Part shown: one piece after another, positions 1-8,967 of the stretch
Layout: the number at the start of each line of letters is the position of its first letter
Numbering within the stretch: position 1 is the first letter of the stretch
Origin: Anaerolineales bacterium
Lineage (GTDB): Bacteria; Chloroflexota; Anaerolineae; Anaerolineales; Villigracilaceae
Direction: 5' to 3'
Assembly (NCBI GenBank): GCA_034435275.1
Contig: DAOTXP010000014.1
Span: 300-64,299 of the forward strand
DNA length: 64,000 nt
Program-made: the position numbers and the translations under genes
Notes under the pieces: model-generated
What the model saw: the letters and a program-made list of their open reading frames with translations, nothing else
Database searches by the model: none
What the model was told of the DNA's origin: nothing

Positions 1-284
1 ACGCGCGTCCGCTTGTCGTAATCGCGTTTGGTCACCTTCACCAGCGCGGCCTCGTCCGAATCAGCGGGAAAGGCGTCCTTGAGTTCGTCCAGCAGTTTAC
101 CCACTTTATCGGAAATGAACATCTCGTGGGCAATTTTGCCGAGCGTGCCCAACTGGTTGCCGCGCGCTTCGGCCCCGCCGCGCGGCATGTAGGTCTGCTG
201 ATCCCAGCCGAGCAAAGCCGCGGCGCTGTTCAGGTCGGCCACTTCGGCCATGATCTGTTTCAATTGCTCGAGTTTTTCTTTCAT
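1..284 (-). CDS. M32 (Taq-type) carboxypeptidase, N-terminal part only; the gene runs off the 5' window edge
   Basis: My own reverse-strand translation from the ATG at 284-282 gives MKEKLEQLKQIMAEVADLNSAAALLGWDQQTYMPRGGAEARGNQLGTLGKIAHEMF. This matches the conserved N-terminus of the M32 family. The ORF is too short to appear in the ORF track. Confidence 0.65.
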   Translation of the reverse strand, partial: MKEKLEQLKQIMAEVADLNSAAALLGWDQQTYMPRGGAEARGNQLGTLGKIAHEMFISDKVGKLLDELKDAFPADSDEAALVKVTKRDYDKRTR

Positions 285-370
285 TGAGTTCTCCTCTTCA
301 AAGCAAGATTCTTCGTAACGGTAAAATTGTATCCCATCCGAATGAGGATGACATCCTCCTGCCGAGGGGT

Positions 371-1693
371 CTAGGCGATTTTTCTGCTTTCCATATAAAA
401 GCGCTTCTCATGCGCCTCGCCCATCGAGAACGTTTTGCGCGGCAGGGCGCCGTCCAAAATCACCGTTTTGAACAGATCGCTCTTGTGCATACCGGGCAGG
501 TAAAAGCCCGCGTTGCCCGCCTGCCCGCCGAGCGTGCAGACCACCTCCTCGCCGTGGACGTAATCGATCTTTTCCGCGCCGCCCTCTTTGAGGAACGGAT
601 CGAGGAAGGACTGGAGCGTACCGACAGGCAGGTTCGACGACGGATTGGAAATCTCGATCACACCGAACGATTTCCCCTCCCCGCCCCCGATCAGACCGAT
701 GGCCTGCCGCGCGCCGTCGGCCGAATCCACGGCCTGGACCATTTCCCGCGCGCCGCTGACGGGTCTGTACGCAAAGTCCGCGCCGAAATGAGACTTCAGC
801 GCCGCGAACAGATCCTTCTTCAACCCGAACAGGGCGCGATGAATCGGCTCGAACTCCAGCGCCTCGTCATGGACGTTTTCGATTTCCACCAACGCGTACC
901 GCGAAGGATGATCCATGCCTGCGGTGGCCTTGTTCTTCTCCCAGATGGCTTTGGCGGTCGCCAGCGAGTGATTGCCGTCGCCCATGGCAAACAGCAGGAC
1001 GGGCTTGTCGGCGCCAATGCCGTACTTGGCCGCGAAGGTCTCCGGCCGCGCCAGTCCACGCAATGCCGCGACGACTTTTTCCTCTAACGCCTCATTCACA
1101 GCGTAACCTGCCAGATGACCGCTGCCCAGCATCAGATCGAAATCATAGAGTTTCTTCAGGCCTGTCTTGGCCGCGCTGACTGGTTCGATGACGGTGTGAT
1201 TTGGGTCATCAATGAGTACGAGAATGTGAGGCAGTTCCAGCGCGGCGCCTTCGCGGATCTTCATGCGCGGCGGAAGGCGTTCGATGATCGTCCCTTCGGT
1301 GGCGCGGATCAGGCTGGACGAGCCTTTGGTGTAATCGTAGCGTTCCAGGTCGAGGCACAAGATGAGGCCCTTGCGCGTACGCCCGTTCACTTTCCGTTCC
1401 ACATAGATCAGGCCGTCGTGCGGTTCGAGCAATCCCTGCGCGAGGTAATCCTGCATCGTTGCCTGAATCTTTTGGATTCGTTCCGCCTCGCCGGGCTTTT
1501 CGAGATAGACCTCGGGGAAGGTCAGGTTTAGGGTCGAGGGCGCCTCGCCGACGAGGTTCTCCACCTTTTCCCAGTAATCGGGCTGGGAGGTGAACTGGTC
1601 GCAGGCAATGACCGCCCAGCGCGTCAGGTCTATGCCGGGTTTGGGCAGATAGACCTGCGGGATTTGAATGCCAATATCGCTAATGATTTTCAT
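371..1693 (-). CDS. DUF1015 family protein
   Basis: 440-aa ORF starting MKIISDIGIQIPQVYLPKPGIDLTRWAVIACDQFTSQPDYW, which is the typical DUF1015 N-terminus. It lies next to serA, as in many genomes. Confidence 0.8.
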   Translation of the reverse strand: MKIISDIGIQIPQVYLPKPGIDLTRWAVIACDQFTSQPDYWEKVENLVGEAPSTLNLTFPEVYLEKPGEAERIQKIQATMQDYLAQGLLEPHDGLIYVERKVNGRTRKGLILCLDLERYDYTKGSSSLIRATEGTIIERLPPRMKIREGAALELPHILVLIDDPNHTVIEPVSAAKTGLKKLYDFDLMLGSGHLAGYAVNEALEEKVVAALRGLARPETFAAKYGIGADKPVLLFAMGDGNHSLATAKAIWEKNKATAGMDHPSRYALVEIENVHDEALEFEPIHRALFGLKKDLFAALKSHFGADFAYRPVSGAREMVQAVDSADGARQAIGLIGGGEGKSFGVIEISNPSSNLPVGTLQSFLDPFLKEGGAEKIDYVHGEEVVCTLGGQAGNAGFYLPGMHKSDLFKTVILDGALPRKTFSMGEAHEKRFYMESRKIA

Positions 1694-1783
1694 GGGCTTT
1701 TTCCAAAATTGGACGCGCAGAACGCGGACGCACGCGGATTTTTTAGAACTCCGCGTTATTCCGCGCTCGTCCGTATCCGATGG

Positions 1784-2689
1784 CTATTTCCCGTTCTTGG
1801 CGAACTCGATCAGTTTATCCGCCACCTCCGCGCCGACGCGGCTCTGCGCCTCTTTGGTCGCGGCGCCGATGTGCGGCGAACCGACGACGTTATCGAGTTT
1901 CAGCAGTTTCCAGTCCGTGGGCGGCTCCTCGGCGAACACATCCAGCGCCGCGCCCGCCACCTTGCCGCTGATCAGCGCCTCGTACAGCGCGTCCTCGTCG
2001 AGGATGCCGCCGCGCGCGCAGTTGACGATGCGCACACCCGTCTTCATCTTCTCGAACTGTGCCTTGCCGATCATGCCGGCAGACTCTTGGGTCTTGGGCA
2101 AATGCAGGCTGATGTAATCAGACCGGGCCAGCAGTTCATCGAGTGTGACCATTTTGACGCCCTCGGCCGATTTCACGTACGGGTCGTAGGCAATGACCGT
2201 CATGCCCAGGGCATTGGCGCGCCCGGCCACTTCCCTGCCGATGTTGCCGACGCCGATCAGGCCGAGCGTCTTGCCGCCGATCTCGTCGCCCTCGAAGGCC
2301 TTCTTGTCCCATTTTTCGGATTTCATCGAAGCAGTTGCCTTATAAATGGAGCGCGCCAGGGCGAACATAAAACCGATGGCCAGTTCGGCTACGGAAGCAG
2401 AACTCGCCATCGGTGTATTCATGACCGTGATGCCCTTGGACCTGGCATACTCGTGGTCAATCGTGTCGAGACCGACGCCGCCGCGCACAATGACCTTGAG
2501 GTTGACCGCCGCGTCGATGAGCGGCTGCCGCACCTTGGTCCGCGAACGAACGACCATGCCGTCGTAGGCGGGGATCACGGAGGGCAGTTCCTCCGCGGTG
2601 ATGTCGTCGCGCACATCCACTTCGAGACCCGCGGCGCGCATCCGTTCGATGGCGTCCGCCTCGGTTTTATCACAAATCAGAATCTTCAT
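1784..2689 (-). CDS. serA: D-3-phosphoglycerate dehydrogenase, short form (2-hydroxyacid dehydrogenase family)
   Basis: MKILICDK... with the NAD-binding motif GLIGVGNIGREVA. I trimmed the start to the ATG at 2689, which is preceded by aggagag. The ORF-track start at 2797 adds a non-conserved extension. Confidence 0.8.
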   Translation of the reverse strand: MKILICDKTEADAIERMRAAGLEVDVRDDITAEELPSVIPAYDGMVVRSRTKVRQPLIDAAVNLKVIVRGGVGLDTIDHEYARSKGITVMNTPMASSASVAELAIGFMFALARSIYKATASMKSEKWDKKAFEGDEIGGKTLGLIGVGNIGREVAGRANALGMTVIAYDPYVKSAEGVKMVTLDELLARSDYISLHLPKTQESAGMIGKAQFEKMKTGVRIVNCARGGILDEDALYEALISGKVAGAALDVFAEEPPTDWKLLKLDNVVGSPHIGAATKEAQSRVGAEVADKLIEFAKNGK

Positions 2690-2935
2690 CGAGCCTCTCC
2701 TTCTCGAAACAAATGAGGGATTAAAACAGGGCTGTCCGGCCATGAAGCCGCCAGCCCTGCGGAAGTCTGCGAAATGACCACGGCGGGATTCTATCAATTG
2801 GCCTGAAGTGTGTCAACAGATGGACATCAGATGTCCATCGCGTTCCGTGTGATAAATGACACTTCTGGTTATAATTTGGCCGTGAGATAATCGGCGGCGG
2901 TGTGCGAATCGCCGAATCAAATTTCAGGAGCAACC

Positions 2936-4033
2936 ATGTCGAGCAACCCCAAACGCGTCCATAATTTCAACCCCGGCCCGGCCGTCCTGCCGCTGGAAGT
3001 GCTCCAGCAGGCGCAGGCCGAACTGCTGGATTTTCAGGGCACAGGCATGTCGGTGATGGAGATCAGCCACCGCTCGAAGGAATTCGAGGCCGTGATCCAG
3101 GCCGCCGAAGCCGACTTGCGCGAACTGCTCAAAGTCCCCGCCAATTACAAGGTGCTGTTCTTGCAAGGCGGAGCCAGCCTGCAATTTGCCATGCTTCCCA
3201 TGAACCTGCGCCCGGCCGGCGCGTCCGCCGATTATATCGTGACCGGGTCGTGGAGCAAGAAAGCGCTGAAGGAATCGCAGAAACTGGGCGCGGCGCGCGC
3301 CGCTGCGACCGTCGAAGCGGCAAATTTCGATCATCTCCCGGCGCAGTCCGAACTCGACCTCGACCCGAAGGCCGCTTATCTGCATTTCACCTCCAACGAG
3401 ACCATCCACGGCGTGGAATATTTCACCGAGCCGGTGCCCCCCTCCGGGGTCCCGCTGGTGTGCGACGCCTCGTCCGATTTCATGAGCCATCCGCTGGATA
3501 TTTCAAAGTACGCGCTCATGTACGCCGGCGCGCAGAAAAACGTCGGCCCGGCCGGTGTGGTGGTGGTCATCATCCGTGACGACATGCTCGAACGCGTCCC
3601 AGCCAACCTGCCCAACCTGCTGGATTACAAGGCGCTGGCCGAGGAAGGCTCCCTGCTCAACACCCCGCCCGCCTTCGCCATCTACATCGTCGGGCTGGTG
3701 ATGAAGTGGATGAAGTCCATCGGCGGACTCGAAGAAGTGGAACGCCGTAACCGCGCCAAGGCCGCGCTGGTCTACCAGGCCATTGACGAAAGCGGCGGCT
3801 TCTACCGCGGGCACGCCAAAGCGGACCGCTCGCTGATGAACATCAGTTTCCGCCTGCCGACCGAGGAACTGGAAGGCGCGTTTGCCTCCGAATCCAAGAA
3901 GCAGGGACTGATCGGCCTGAAGGGACACCGTTCCGTGGGCGGGATGCGCGCCTCGCTCTACAACGCCCTGCCGCTGGCCGCCGCCGAGGAACTCACCCAG
4001 TTCATGCGCGAATTTCAGAAGAAGAACGGGTAA
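2936..4033 (+). CDS. serC: Phosphoserine aminotransferase
   Basis: MSSNPKRVHNFNPGPAVLPLEVL..., the class-V aminotransferase SerC pattern. The ATG at 2936 follows aggag. Divergent from serA. Confidence 0.9.
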   Translation: MSSNPKRVHNFNPGPAVLPLEVLQQAQAELLDFQGTGMSVMEISHRSKEFEAVIQAAEADLRELLKVPANYKVLFLQGGASLQFAMLPMNLRPAGASADYIVTGSWSKKALKESQKLGAARAAATVEAANFDHLPAQSELDLDPKAAYLHFTSNETIHGVEYFTEPVPPSGVPLVCDASSDFMSHPLDISKYALMYAGAQKNVGPAGVVVVIIRDDMLERVPANLPNLLDYKALAEEGSLLNTPPAFAIYIVGLVMKWMKSIGGLEEVERRNRAKAALVYQAIDESGGFYRGHAKADRSLMNISFRLPTEELEGAFASESKKQGLIGLKGHRSVGGMRASLYNALPLAAAEELTQFMREFQKKNG

Positions 4034-4046
4034 GAGGAAAACAGAA

Positions 4047-4105
4047 AACAGCCAGCCCCGGCTGATGCCCTAAAGGATGCTTCGCAAAAGCCGGGGCTGG
4101 TTGTT
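4047..4105 (+). terminator. Long-stem hairpin downstream of serC
   Basis: Arms aacagccagccccggct (4047-4063) and agccggggctggttgtt (4089-4105) pair with one mismatch and are followed by a T-rich stretch. Confidence 0.45.
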
Positions 4106-4413
4106 TATATGCACAGCAAGATGTACTCCTCCACGCGTTGGGCCTACCCCACGGACATCCTCGCCAAGATTCAGAGTACACTCGGAGTGGAGATAGCTAC
4201 GGTTTTGAATAAAGTTCAAATGAAAAAATGAGAACCTCAAGAATGAAATTCGGTGTAGAATTAGAGAAAACTTTCGGCTAAATGTCAAATGCCGCTTGGT
4301 AAAATCAGGAGGCGAATAATGCTTGCCAAGCAAGTATTGTCAATCAAATTCAGTCCAAAATCAAGGCCATTACAATTGCTGGGGCTTTTTGTTTTTTTAC
4401 CTTTTTAGTTGGA

Positions 4414-5340
4414 ATGGCCTGCGCTTTCGAAACATTTCCCCAGATCGTTTTTACAGGCAAAGTGGTTAATAGCCAAACTGGAGAATGGCCAAACAACCGA
4501 TTGGTATTGGTATTCCTAAAAAACGAGGAAATCGGAAGGGACACAACAGAAACAAGTACAACTAATGTGGAAGGCGTTGTCGATGGCGCATTCTCCATTC
4601 CAATTCCTAACACTTATGAACTCACCATTGAACAACTCAATGAAAGTGGAATACAGTTCGAGACTGATGAATATGGAACCAAATTCCACTGGTTTGCCAA
4701 TTTTGAGGAAGGTTCGACTCAGAAAATCTTGATACCGTCAAAAAATATCGAGTATGTAATTGTAGTGATTGATGGAGACATTTCTACTTTACCGCCAGAA
4801 CTATTACAACCAGGTTCAGCGAGTCTCCAGCCAGACGGGTCTATTGTAGTTAAAGCCCCCGATGAAAATGACGGAACGGCAGTCTCTCTCAACTCAGAGG
4901 TTCAGGTCTCTAACGTAAATATAACTGGATCCGAATCGAGCAATCTTGGCGCAATGACAATCCCGATAACGATTAACAACTGCGGAGGTAATTCAAAGGT
5001 TGTGCAGAGTTACTCTCGAACACAGACTTTCATCCATGAAATCAGCACAGGCTCAGAAGTAAAGGTCGGTGTTGATATTTCGCCTCCCATTTGGTTTAGC
5101 GTAGTCGCGGAACTCCAAAATCAATACAATTTTAAACAAGGTCAGGTAGATACCCGCACTTTGGAGACTGAACTAGCAGCGGAGCCAAATTCGAATGTGA
5201 AATACATTATCACTTGGCAAGAGATTTGGGATTACGGCGTTGCCGATGTATTTGATGGAATTACAACAATGAGCGTGCCTTTTAGGGTTAAGAAAGAGTT
5301 GTCATATAGTATTGAAAGCGAAAATTTAGGGTGCCCCTAG
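4414..5340 (+). CDS. Orphan hypothetical protein in a low-G+C islet; N-terminus uncertain (see findings)
   Basis: 308-aa ORF with lower G+C than its flanks and no family I recognise. The ORF remains open upstream with a signal-peptide-like in-frame stretch. Confidence 0.5.
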   Translation: MACAFETFPQIVFTGKVVNSQTGEWPNNRLVLVFLKNEEIGRDTTETSTTNVEGVVDGAFSIPIPNTYELTIEQLNESGIQFETDEYGTKFHWFANFEEGSTQKILIPSKNIEYVIVVIDGDISTLPPELLQPGSASLQPDGSIVVKAPDENDGTAVSLNSEVQVSNVNITGSESSNLGAMTIPITINNCGGNSKVVQSYSRTQTFIHEISTGSEVKVGVDISPPIWFSVVAELQNQYNFKQGQVDTRTLETELAAEPNSNVKYIITWQEIWDYGVADVFDGITTMSVPFRVKKELSYSIESENLGCP

Positions 5341-5547
5341 TATTTGATCCCCGCGTCCACTCTTGGAGGTCTACCCATCTACTTGCCCCAATCCGCCAAA
5401 TGCATTTCGTTCCCTGAACCGCGACCGCAGCTCTCATTGCCATGCAATTCCACAAACGATTCCTTTCCCTTATGGAATTATACAAGATTTGACCCACAAC
5501 CAAGAGTACTGTTTCACCCTCCCCTCCAACGCATTATAATCAGCCGC

Positions 5548-5898
5548 ATGGATTTCTTCTTCCCCGACGACCTCGTCCCGCGGCTTCCCCCCGAACAGGT
5601 ACAAATTACCGTATTAACCGCCGAGCCCTATCCCGATGGCCGGCGCGTGCGCGTCAACCTCGAAATGACTCCCTTCCAAACGCGCCCGCACATCGAAGTC
5701 ACTCTTACGGATGCCGAGGGCCTGGAGGTCGCCTCCACCAGCATCATCGAGCCGCTCTCGTGGAAGCAGGAATTCACCCTGCACATCCGCGGTAAAGACG
5801 ACCCGCGCGGCGCGTACACGCTCAACGCCCTGTTGTATTATCCCGACGGGCCCGAAGCCGCGCCGCGCACCATTATTTTCGAAGTCCTCGCGCCATGA
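5548..5898 (+). CDS. Small hypothetical protein (116 aa)
   Basis: Internal ATG at 5548 (MDFFFPDDLVPRLPPEQ...). Its stop overlaps the next start as ATGA at 5895-5898. The ORF-track TTG start at 5344 lies in non-coding-looking, lower-G+C sequence. Confidence 0.5.
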   Translation: MDFFFPDDLVPRLPPEQVQITVLTAEPYPDGRRVRVNLEMTPFQTRPHIEVTLTDAEGLEVASTSIIEPLSWKQEFTLHIRGKDDPRGAYTLNALLYYPDGPEAAPRTIIFEVLAP

Positions 5899-7724
5899 AC
5901 AAGACCGCCGCGCGCCTGTCCCTGCTGTGCCTCGCCGCCCTGACCGCGCTCTCCGCCTGCGGCCAACCCACTTCTTCCCCGGACGAATACGGGGGCCAGA
6001 CTTCCGTCGCCGTCACCGAGAGTCCACCCACGTTTGTGCCCGGAGAGCAGAACGAGGTCATTCTCCTCTCCATCGAAGAGTACGGCGACGCGCATCTCTT
6101 TCTCTATTCCCCTGAAACTGGACAACCCCTCACGCGCCTCACCGAAGGTCATTGGGATGATGTGGCTCCCGCGGTCAGCCCGGACGGAAGCCTGCTGGCC
6201 TTCGCCTCGAACCGCAGCGGCGTCTGGGATCTGTACCTGCTCGACCTGAACAGCGGCGCGGGCCGCAAGTTAACCGACACGCCCGAATACGATTCCTCCC
6301 CCTCCTGGTCGCCGGATGGTCAGTGGTTAACCTTTGAAACTTACAACGGCCGCGACATGGAAATCTCCGTGCTCTCGCTCAGCGACGACACGGTCATTCC
6401 GCTAAGCGAGAATCCCGCCACAGACTATTCCCCCGTCTGGTCGCCGCAGGGACGCCAGATCGCCTTCGTCTCGAATCGCAGCGGCAACCCCGATATCTGG
6501 CTGGCCGACCTCGACCGCACCGACGCGGGCCGTTTTGTCAATCTCAGCCACACCGCAAATGCCGCCGAAAGTCATTCACAATGGAACAGCGACGGAAGCC
6601 AACTGGTTTGGGCAAGCGACTCGCAGGCCGTCGGCTTCAGCGGCGCGTACCTGTGGGATGCCGAATCCGCCGGACGTCCCGCGCGCTGGTTCGCCGATGC
6701 AGACTGGGCCGCCTTCTCCCCGGCTGACGACCGTTTCGCAATCGTCATCGGCGGCCCGAATCAAAGTTATCTCTCGGCTCTGCACGCAAGCGGAGGCCTG
6801 CTCCTGCCCCCGGTTCTTTTGCCCGGTCCCGTGCGCGGGCTGGCGTGGGCGATTCTCGAATTGCCCAATCCGTTGCCTGCCTCGTTTCAGAAAGCCGCGG
6901 AATGGACACCCACCGCGCCCTGGTCACTTTCTGTGCGGCCATTGATCGAGGGTCCCACACAACGCTGGACGGTCATCCCGCTGACCGACGTGCAGGCGCC
7001 GTATCCCGCCCTCCACGATCTGGTGGACGAATCCTTCATCGCCCTGCGCCAGCGCGCCGCCGACGACCTGGGCTGGGACGTGATGGCCAGCCTCGAGAAC
7101 GCCTTCGTTCCGTTGACCACCTCGCTCGACCCAAACCTCGGCAATGACTGGCTGTTGACCGGGCGCGCCTTCGCGCTCAACTCGGTCATCGCCAATGCCG
7201 GCTGGATGGTGGCCGTGCGCGAGGAAATCGGCCAGCAAACCTACTGGCGGGTCTATCTCCGCGCCCAAGCGCAGGATGGCACACAGGGCGAACCCCTACG
7301 CGACGCACCCTGGAACCTCTCCGCACGCTACGAACTCGACCCCAGCGCCTACGATGCCGGCGGACAATACGCGCCCGTCCCAACCGGATACTGGATTGAC
7401 TTTACCGCCCTTGCCCTCGCCTATGGCTGGGAGCGCCTGCCTGCCCTGCCCAACTGGCGCAGTTACTACGCCGGGGCGCGCTTCACCGAATTCGCCCTGA
7501 CCGGCGGCCTGGATTGGTACTCGGCCATGCTCGAACTTTACCCGCCGGATGCGTTGGTGACCCCCACTCTGCGCCTGCCTCCCACCGTCACACCGACACG
7601 CACCCCGCCTCCCACCGCAACCGCGACCGCCACTCGCACCCCGCGCAATACGCTCACGCCAAGCAACACACCAACGCCAAGCCCCACACCGACGCCAATC
7701 CCCACCAACACGCCGTTGCCATGA
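5895..7724 (+). CDS. Lipoprotein with a TolB-like PD40 beta-propeller repeat region, an unknown C-terminal domain and a Pro/Thr tail
   Basis: Lipobox LTALSAC. PD40-type repeats: SPDGSLLAFASNRSGVWDLYLLDL, SPSWSPDGQWLTFE and YSPVWSPQGRQIAFVSNRSGNPDIWLADL. The C-terminus is a PT-rich tail. Confidence 0.75.
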   Translation: MNKTAARLSLLCLAALTALSACGQPTSSPDEYGGQTSVAVTESPPTFVPGEQNEVILLSIEEYGDAHLFLYSPETGQPLTRLTEGHWDDVAPAVSPDGSLLAFASNRSGVWDLYLLDLNSGAGRKLTDTPEYDSSPSWSPDGQWLTFETYNGRDMEISVLSLSDDTVIPLSENPATDYSPVWSPQGRQIAFVSNRSGNPDIWLADLDRTDAGRFVNLSHTANAAESHSQWNSDGSQLVWASDSQAVGFSGAYLWDAESAGRPARWFADADWAAFSPADDRFAIVIGGPNQSYLSALHASGGLLLPPVLLPGPVRGLAWAILELPNPLPASFQKAAEWTPTAPWSLSVRPLIEGPTQRWTVIPLTDVQAPYPALHDLVDESFIALRQRAADDLGWDVMASLENAFVPLTTSLDPNLGNDWLLTGRAFALNSVIANAGWMVAVREEIGQQTYWRVYLRAQAQDGTQGEPLRDAPWNLSARYELDPSAYDAGGQYAPVPTGYWIDFTALALAYGWERLPALPNWRSYYAGARFTEFALTGGLDWYSAMLELYPPDALVTPTLRLPPTVTPTRTPPPTATATATRTPRNTLTPSNTPTPSPTPTPIPTNTPLP

Positions 7725-8890
7725 AAGACAATAAAAGATGTCATTTTAAGGAGCCTCGCGCTGAGCGCAGACGAAGCGCAGGCGACGAAATGACCTGCTC
7801 TTTATCGGGGCAGCTTTTGCCTTTATCGGCTTTGTTGCTCATGGTTTTTCTCTCCGCCTGTGCACCCGGCACAACTGTCGCCTCGGAGCCAAGCCCGGTG
7901 GTCGCCTTCGCTTCCTTGCCCACAGATTCACTCCAAGCCGTGTCCGTTCCGCCCACCCCGACCGTTCCGCCCATGCGTTTTGTCCTGCCCACACCGGGCG
8001 CGGAGCCGGTCTCGGGCTGGCGTCCGCCTCTGTACGATATTCCCTGGGCCATCGGGCCATACGACCATTTTTATTTCGCACGCCCGATTCCCGCCAATGA
8101 GGTCAACTGGCCATTGGCCGACTATCGTTACGGCGGCATCTTCTTTGGCAACACCGTACACACCGGCGTGGACATAGACGCCACTGAAGGCGCGCCGGTA
8201 CTGGCTGCTGGAAATGGCACGGTCGTTTGGGCGGGCTGGGGTTTGTTTACAGAATCGCCCACGAACAAAAACGATCCATACGGGCAGGCTGTGGCCATCG
8301 AGCACGACTTCGGTTACCGGGATCAGAAACTTTACACCATCTATGCCCATATGCAGCGCGTGGACGTGGTCGTGGGTCAATACGTGAACACCGGCGAGCC
8401 GCTGGGGTTGGTGGGTAATACCGGCCACACCACCGGGCCGCACCTGCACTTCGAGGTGCGCCTCGGCGATAATTCTTTCTTTCAAACCCTCAATCCCGAA
8501 CTGTGGATGGTGCCGCCGCAGGGCTGGGGCGTGCTCGTCGGCCGCCTCACCGACACTAAAGGGGAAAATCCTCTTCACTATTATCCGGTGGATGTGTATT
8601 CCGAAACCACGCGCCGCCTGTATTCCATGCGCACATACGGCGGCGGCGTGACCAATCCCGATCCATATTTCAACGAGAATTTCGTGTTGAGCGACCTGCC
8701 CGCCGGGCTTTACAAGATCACCCTGAACTTCGAAGGGAAGAATGTGCAGTTCTGGGTGAACATCTATGCTGGACAGATCACTTATTTCACATTCCAGGGC
8801 GCCAATGGATTCACCCTCTCCACGCCCCCGACTCCCAGCCTGGACTTTCTGCCGGTCACCGCCACCCCGGCCCCGACAACCACCCCTTGA
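7721..8890 (+). CDS. M23 (LytM-type) metallopeptidase lipoprotein
   Basis: M23 motifs HTGVDIDATEGAPVLAAGNGTV and GNTGHTTGPHLHFEVRL. Lipobox VFLSAC. The ATG at 7721 overlaps the upstream stop (ATGA). An alternative start is the ATG at 7790 (MTCSL...). Confidence 0.8.
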   Translation: MKDNKRCHFKEPRAERRRSAGDEMTCSLSGQLLPLSALLLMVFLSACAPGTTVASEPSPVVAFASLPTDSLQAVSVPPTPTVPPMRFVLPTPGAEPVSGWRPPLYDIPWAIGPYDHFYFARPIPANEVNWPLADYRYGGIFFGNTVHTGVDIDATEGAPVLAAGNGTVVWAGWGLFTESPTNKNDPYGQAVAIEHDFGYRDQKLYTIYAHMQRVDVVVGQYVNTGEPLGLVGNTGHTTGPHLHFEVRLGDNSFFQTLNPELWMVPPQGWGVLVGRLTDTKGENPLHYYPVDVYSETTRRLYSMRTYGGGVTNPDPYFNENFVLSDLPAGLYKITLNFEGKNVQFWVNIYAGQITYFTFQGANGFTLSTPPTPSLDFLPVTATPAPTTTP

Positions 8891-8967
8891 CGCACCGAAC
8901 ATATGTGCTATACTCCTGAAACTCGATCGCTTTATTCGCGTCACTCACCCTTTTTTGGAGACAAACT

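Noticed and set aside
284-1087. Long antisense or alternative-frame ORFs throughout the high-G+C regions. Examples are 284-1087(+), 1664-2716(+), 8941-9693(-), 27716-28588(+), 37661-38941(+), 44341-45342(-), 52103-53329(-), 55612-57444(+) and 60825-62300(+).
   Set aside because: Each overlaps a gene on the other strand or frame that has clear family motifs (DUF1015, serA, recA, gyrA, FAD oxidoreductase, psuG, fhs, FGE-like). Their translations are Arg/Gly/Ala/Pro-rich low-complexity sequence, as expected for spurious open frames in GC-rich DNA.
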